NCBI GenBank assembly: GCA_018985225.1
Contig: JADGIF010000341.1
Coordinates: forward strand, 1-10,566
Length of the DNA: 10,566 bases
From: Amoeboradix gromovi X-113
Lineage: Eukaryota; Fungi; Sanchytriomycota
Reading direction: 5' to 3'
Made by a program: the position numbers and the translations under genes. Below the pieces are notes generated by a model, which did not search any database, was not told the DNA's origin, and was given only the letters and a program-made list of their open reading frames with translations. This document shows positions 7,576 through 10,566 of the stretch, one piece after another (position 1 is the stretch's first letter; every line of letters begins with the position of its first letter).

Positions 7576-9378
7576 ATGGCTGTTAGCAAGAACTTGCAAA
7601 ATAATGAAAAAATAATTGCATGCATAACTGCATTCATAAACAAATCGAAAACGAAGCAAGCAAACCTATCCGATATTGCCCAGTTGCATATAGAGCCAAA
7701 AGCAGAATCAGCTAAGTTGCATACCTTGATACCTGGCAAAATCAGTGTATATATTACTGGTTGCAAAGAATTCAAAATAATTGACAAAAACTATGTGATA
7801 CTGAGTGGTGATGTTAAGGCTAAGCCAGCGAGTATTGTTGGAAAAAGTAGTAACAAAGATGAAAAGAATTCTGAGACTATAAAAGAAATTAAATCACCAA
7901 GAAAGACCAAGGTCAAGAAATCGAAAGAAAGGCAGTCTAAAGTTGAAAGTGATGTAAAATTAAGTGAGGATGATATATATGATCAAGTTAGAACCACCGT
8001 CCCTCCTGTGACTTCCCAACTTAGAAATCTTAAACCCGGAAAGAATAAAGTATCAGATGCGCCTTTTGAAGATATCCTACTTCATGCAAATCATTCTATT
8101 TTCGCTCCGAACTCTCCTTCAGACCAATCCCAAAGCGCTCTTAGAGTGCTTTTGTCTCAAGAACAGGCTAAATCTCTTGTTCAATATGCCTATCTTGGTC
8201 AATCTGAGAAACATCCAGTCTTTTTAAACACTCAAATCCCATTTTGTATACTGGCAATGGGAGTTCAAGGTGTTGGAAAATCTTATAGCGTAGCTACAAT
8301 TATTGAAAATTGTATGATCAACTCTCCACCTCACATAATGTCTAATTCTCCTTGTAGTACAGTAGTATTTCATTTCGACCAAGATGAGTCCAATTTCTGT
8401 GAAGCCATCACTCTGAGTAATAAGATCGGCGGCTTACCGGATTCAATATCTGCTATTCCTCGTATCACTATACTTGTTAGTCCTTCTAATTATATTCAGC
8501 GCAAAAAGTTTTATGAAGGTATCCCAAATTGCACAATTCTGCCATTGTTGTTTAACTGGTCAGATCTAAATGCTCCGCAGCTGAAAAGTCTAATGCGAGT
8601 GGACTCAGATGATCAGATGCCGCTATATATGAGCGCGATACTCGATATGCTGCGCAAGTTCCAAAAAGACGATTTATTGCCAAGTTTTAGCCAGTTTAAG
8701 AGCGCCCTTACAACAAAACTTAAACTGACTCCAGCGCAGAATGGTCCGTTAGACTTAAGACTAAAACTGTTGGAATCTCTGCTCTCGGAGTCAAAAGAGA
8801 ACGAAAAACTCAGAATAACCGATTTACAAGAGATATTTAATACGCCCAACAGCTTGATTATCGTTGACTTGACCGACCCTATGATCAGTCCTATGGAGGC
8901 AAATGGTATCTTTAAAGTAGTGCTTGCAAAGTTCATCAGTACTCCGTTAGAATGCGGCAAACTGGTCGTTTTTGACGAGGCCCATAAGTATCTGGACAGC
9001 CAAGGCAAGGACGAGCTAAGCAGTCTGATAGTAAGCGCCACAAGACAGATGAGGCATCATGGTTTACGTTTGGTAATAAGCACTCAAAGCCCCAAGTCAA
9101 TACCTGGTGAAATAATAGATTTGGTAAGCGTTGCGTTGATCCATCGATTTCATGCACCAGATTGGTTCTCTTATTTAAAAACTAAGTTGCCGCTCAAAGA
9201 CGAGGACTTCCATAAAATTATAAATTTGACCACTGGAAATGCATTGGCGTTTTATGGGAAATGGCCTCATGAGTTTGCAAATGAAGATGAAAAACAATTT
9301 TTCCATGAGATCGCAATCAGGCAGCGAGTCACTGAAGATGGTGGAATCTCAAAAGTAAGCAGTAAGAAATTGAAATAA
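7576..9378 (+). CDS. HerA/FtsK/VirB4-superfamily P-loop ATPase (600 aa from first ATG), with a small N-terminal domain and Lys/Ser/Glu-rich linker
   Basis: Walker A GVQGVGKS (8260-8283); IIVDLTDP strand; Walker B LVVFDEAHKYL (8962 onward); Arg-finger and sensor RQMRHHGLRLVISTQSP. The listed 7456 start is TTG; the first in-frame ATG is at 7576. AATAAA overlaps the stop. Confidence 0.85.
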   Translation: MAVSKNLQNNEKIIACITAFINKSKTKQANLSDIAQLHIEPKAESAKLHTLIPGKISVYITGCKEFKIIDKNYVILSGDVKAKPASIVGKSSNKDEKNSETIKEIKSPRKTKVKKSKERQSKVESDVKLSEDDIYDQVRTTVPPVTSQLRNLKPGKNKVSDAPFEDILLHANHSIFAPNSPSDQSQSALRVLLSQEQAKSLVQYAYLGQSEKHPVFLNTQIPFCILAMGVQGVGKSYSVATIIENCMINSPPHIMSNSPCSTVVFHFDQDESNFCEAITLSNKIGGLPDSISAIPRITILVSPSNYIQRKKFYEGIPNCTILPLLFNWSDLNAPQLKSLMRVDSDDQMPLYMSAILDMLRKFQKDDLLPSFSQFKSALTTKLKLTPAQNGPLDLRLKLLESLLSESKENEKLRITDLQEIFNTPNSLIIVDLTDPMISPMEANGIFKVVLAKFISTPLECGKLVVFDEAHKYLDSQGKDELSSLIVSATRQMRHHGLRLVISTQSPKSIPGEIIDLVSVALIHRFHAPDWFSYLKTKLPLKDEDFHKIINLTTGNALAFYGKWPHEFANEDEKQFFHEIAIRQRVTEDGGISKVSSKKLK

Positions 9379-9399
9379 ATCAATTACATTGAAATTAAT

Positions 9400-9558
9400 A
9401 TGACTTGAACCAGGTGTGCTTCATAGTGTGTTGCCCAAGTTGATGTTTGGAGTGTGAGCAACAGCGGTAAAGGGCCACTAGATTTGTCAGTTTCTCTATG
9501 GAAATTCTTAATTTCTCGTAAATCAGGACCTTTAACGAGCGCTAGTATGACAAGATAA
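9400..9558 (+). repeat. Degenerate dispersed repeat, copy 2; boundaries approximate
   Basis: Colinear similarity to the reverse complement of ~6186-6345 around the shared 14-mer at 9484-9497. Confidence 0.6.
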
Positions 9559-9584
9559 ATTGAGATTTTAAAGCTAGTGCAGAT

Positions 9585-10007
9585 TTAATTTAGCTTTATT
9601 AAGGTTTCTAATTGTTGGTCAAATGTTGCATTTTTTATGGGATGCTCTAGCGTGTAAAATGCATTCTTGACAACATAATCACTATAGACTTCATACAACT
9701 TTGAAAAGAATGAATCAATGTTAGCACTGCCATTTGTTGCCAAAATTATGAATTTAACGCCAGTAACTGTAGAACTTAAATGAATGGTAAACAATGATGT
9801 AATTATTTGTCGAAGTCCCTGGCTGGGCTGTGTGCCAACAATTGGTGACACTCTGCTTGATATAGCTGTTAGAGAATGTAAAGTAGAGGCTAATACGATT
9901 GCATCGTTAGATGAGAGACTTCTGATGTTTGACTGTTTATTAGTGTTGTATTCTTTGGAATAAATCAAACTTCCCGCCTTGTTAACAATCCAAATTGATA
10001 AAATCAT
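9585..10007 (-). CDS. TRS23: TRAPP complex subunit Trs23/TRAPPC4, short form without the internal insert
   Basis: IVNKAGSLIY, NDAIVLASTLHSLTAISSRVSP, TVTGVKFI and LYEVYSDYVVKNAFYTLEHPIK match the sybindin-like longin family, specifically TRAPPC4. Confidence 0.9.
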   Translation of the reverse strand: MILSIWIVNKAGSLIYSKEYNTNKQSNIRSLSSNDAIVLASTLHSLTAISSRVSPIVGTQPSQGLRQIITSLFTIHLSSTVTGVKFIILATNGSANIDSFFSKLYEVYSDYVVKNAFYTLEHPIKNATFDQQLETLIKLN

Positions 10008-10025
10008 TGTTAGAAAAAATAACTT

Positions 10026-10439
10026 TCAACATCCAATAACTTGAACCTCGGATAATCTAACATCTTGTCCTCCACCATTCACAGCCACAACACTGATACA
10101 AAGTGTAAACGTGTTTTCTCTTACCGGTATAGTAATCCAAGCATCCATTAGAGTAGGAGTCATACTCCATTCGCCAATAGTTACTAAGCTTCTTCTACTG
10201 CCACCTAAAATTTTGATACACTCAGGAAAGTAGGTGTCATCCTCCATATATAGCCTAATTTTAACGCATTCTACATAGTGCTCGTGGTAAAATTGACAGA
10301 AGATGTTGTGAGGAGTGACTGGTGAGCAAGATTGATAGTATTCATCCGTGTCTACAAACATCATATCCAAGCTTTTTTGTTTTCCAGAGGTTGCAGACCA
10401 TTTGCCTTGAGTAGCGATATTATGGGTTCTGTCTCCCAT
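10026..10439 (-). CDS. Stand-alone DOC (APC10/DOC1-like) domain protein, divergent
   Basis: WSATS, EYYQS...PHNI..QF, DDTYFP..I.I.GG, WITIP and GGQDVRLSEVQVIG follow the DOC jelly-roll pattern (WSLSS, TYWQS..PH, DESYTP, G.DT....I.I). The listed start at 10448 is TTG; first ATG is at 10439 (137 aa). Orthology to APC10 itself is uncertain. Confidence 0.75.
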   Translation of the reverse strand: MGDRTHNIATQGKWSATSGKQKSLDMMFVDTDEYYQSCSPVTPHNIFCQFYHEHYVECVKIRLYMEDDTYFPECIKILGGSRRSLVTIGEWSMTPTLMDAWITIPVRENTFTLCISVVAVNGGGQDVRLSEVQVIGC

Positions 10440-10461
10440 GTCAGACAATTTCTAGAAATAT

Positions 10462-10566
10462 GGGACACCAAATATAAAAACTAGACTAACTCGTTTTTAA
10501 AGGAGGTGCTCCATACGGAGGAAATGCTATCATTAATAAAAGATCTTCTTTTATTATACCAATTTT
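10462..10566 (-). mobile_element. TIR element, copy C (right end only, inverted, runs off the window)
   Basis: GGGACACCAAATATAAAAACTAGACTAACT at 10462-10491, followed by the reverse complement of the ORF 3' end (NWYNKRRSFINDSISSVWSTSFKNELV*). Confidence 0.88.

Noticed and set aside
8-9157. Short ORFs antisense or out of frame to real genes (8-208, 1433-1630, 2148-2348, 2639-2926, 2687-2953, 3134-3400, 3972-4262, 4017-4280, 4530-4793, 4666-4908, 5115-5345, 5572-5883, 6918-7100, 7485-7787, 8613-9041, 8936-9157)
   Set aside because: Shadow ORFs of better-supported coding regions with no motifs; the poly-His in 3134-3400 is only the shifted frame of a poly-Pro (CCA)n run.
404-10491. CRISPR-like or tandem array interpretation of the 30-bp repeats
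   Set aside because: The repeats occur as inverted pairs bounding homologous internal sequence, not as direct repeats with unique spacers.
1-10566. TAA/TAG-to-Gln or other stop-codon reassignment
   Set aside because: Conserved genes have no in-frame stops and end at TAA or TAG where their homologues end.

Overview
AT-rich, very gene-dense, intron-poor eukaryotic DNA; the protein set looks fungal or holomycotan, but the taxon cannot be fixed from sequence alone. Housekeeping genes are eRF1 (split by one 19-nt GT-AG intron), RRB1/GRWD1, a minimal TRS23/TRAPPC4 and a stand-alone DOC/APC10-like domain. Accessory genes are two tandem secreted, probably GPI-anchored type-3 copper (tyrosinase-like) proteins with altered activity-determining residues, and a ~600-aa HerA/FtsK-superfamily ATPase with a possible LOTUS/OST-HTH-like N-terminal domain. 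Three copies of a small element with 30-bp terminal inverted repeats (TIRs) occur at 404-886, 6628-7291 and 10462 to the window end (inverted). It has no transposase but carries a 104-aa CxxC...CxxC ORF that stops inside the right TIR and whose frame is preserved across copies. A second, older degenerate repeat occurs twice (~6186-6345 and ~9400-9558).
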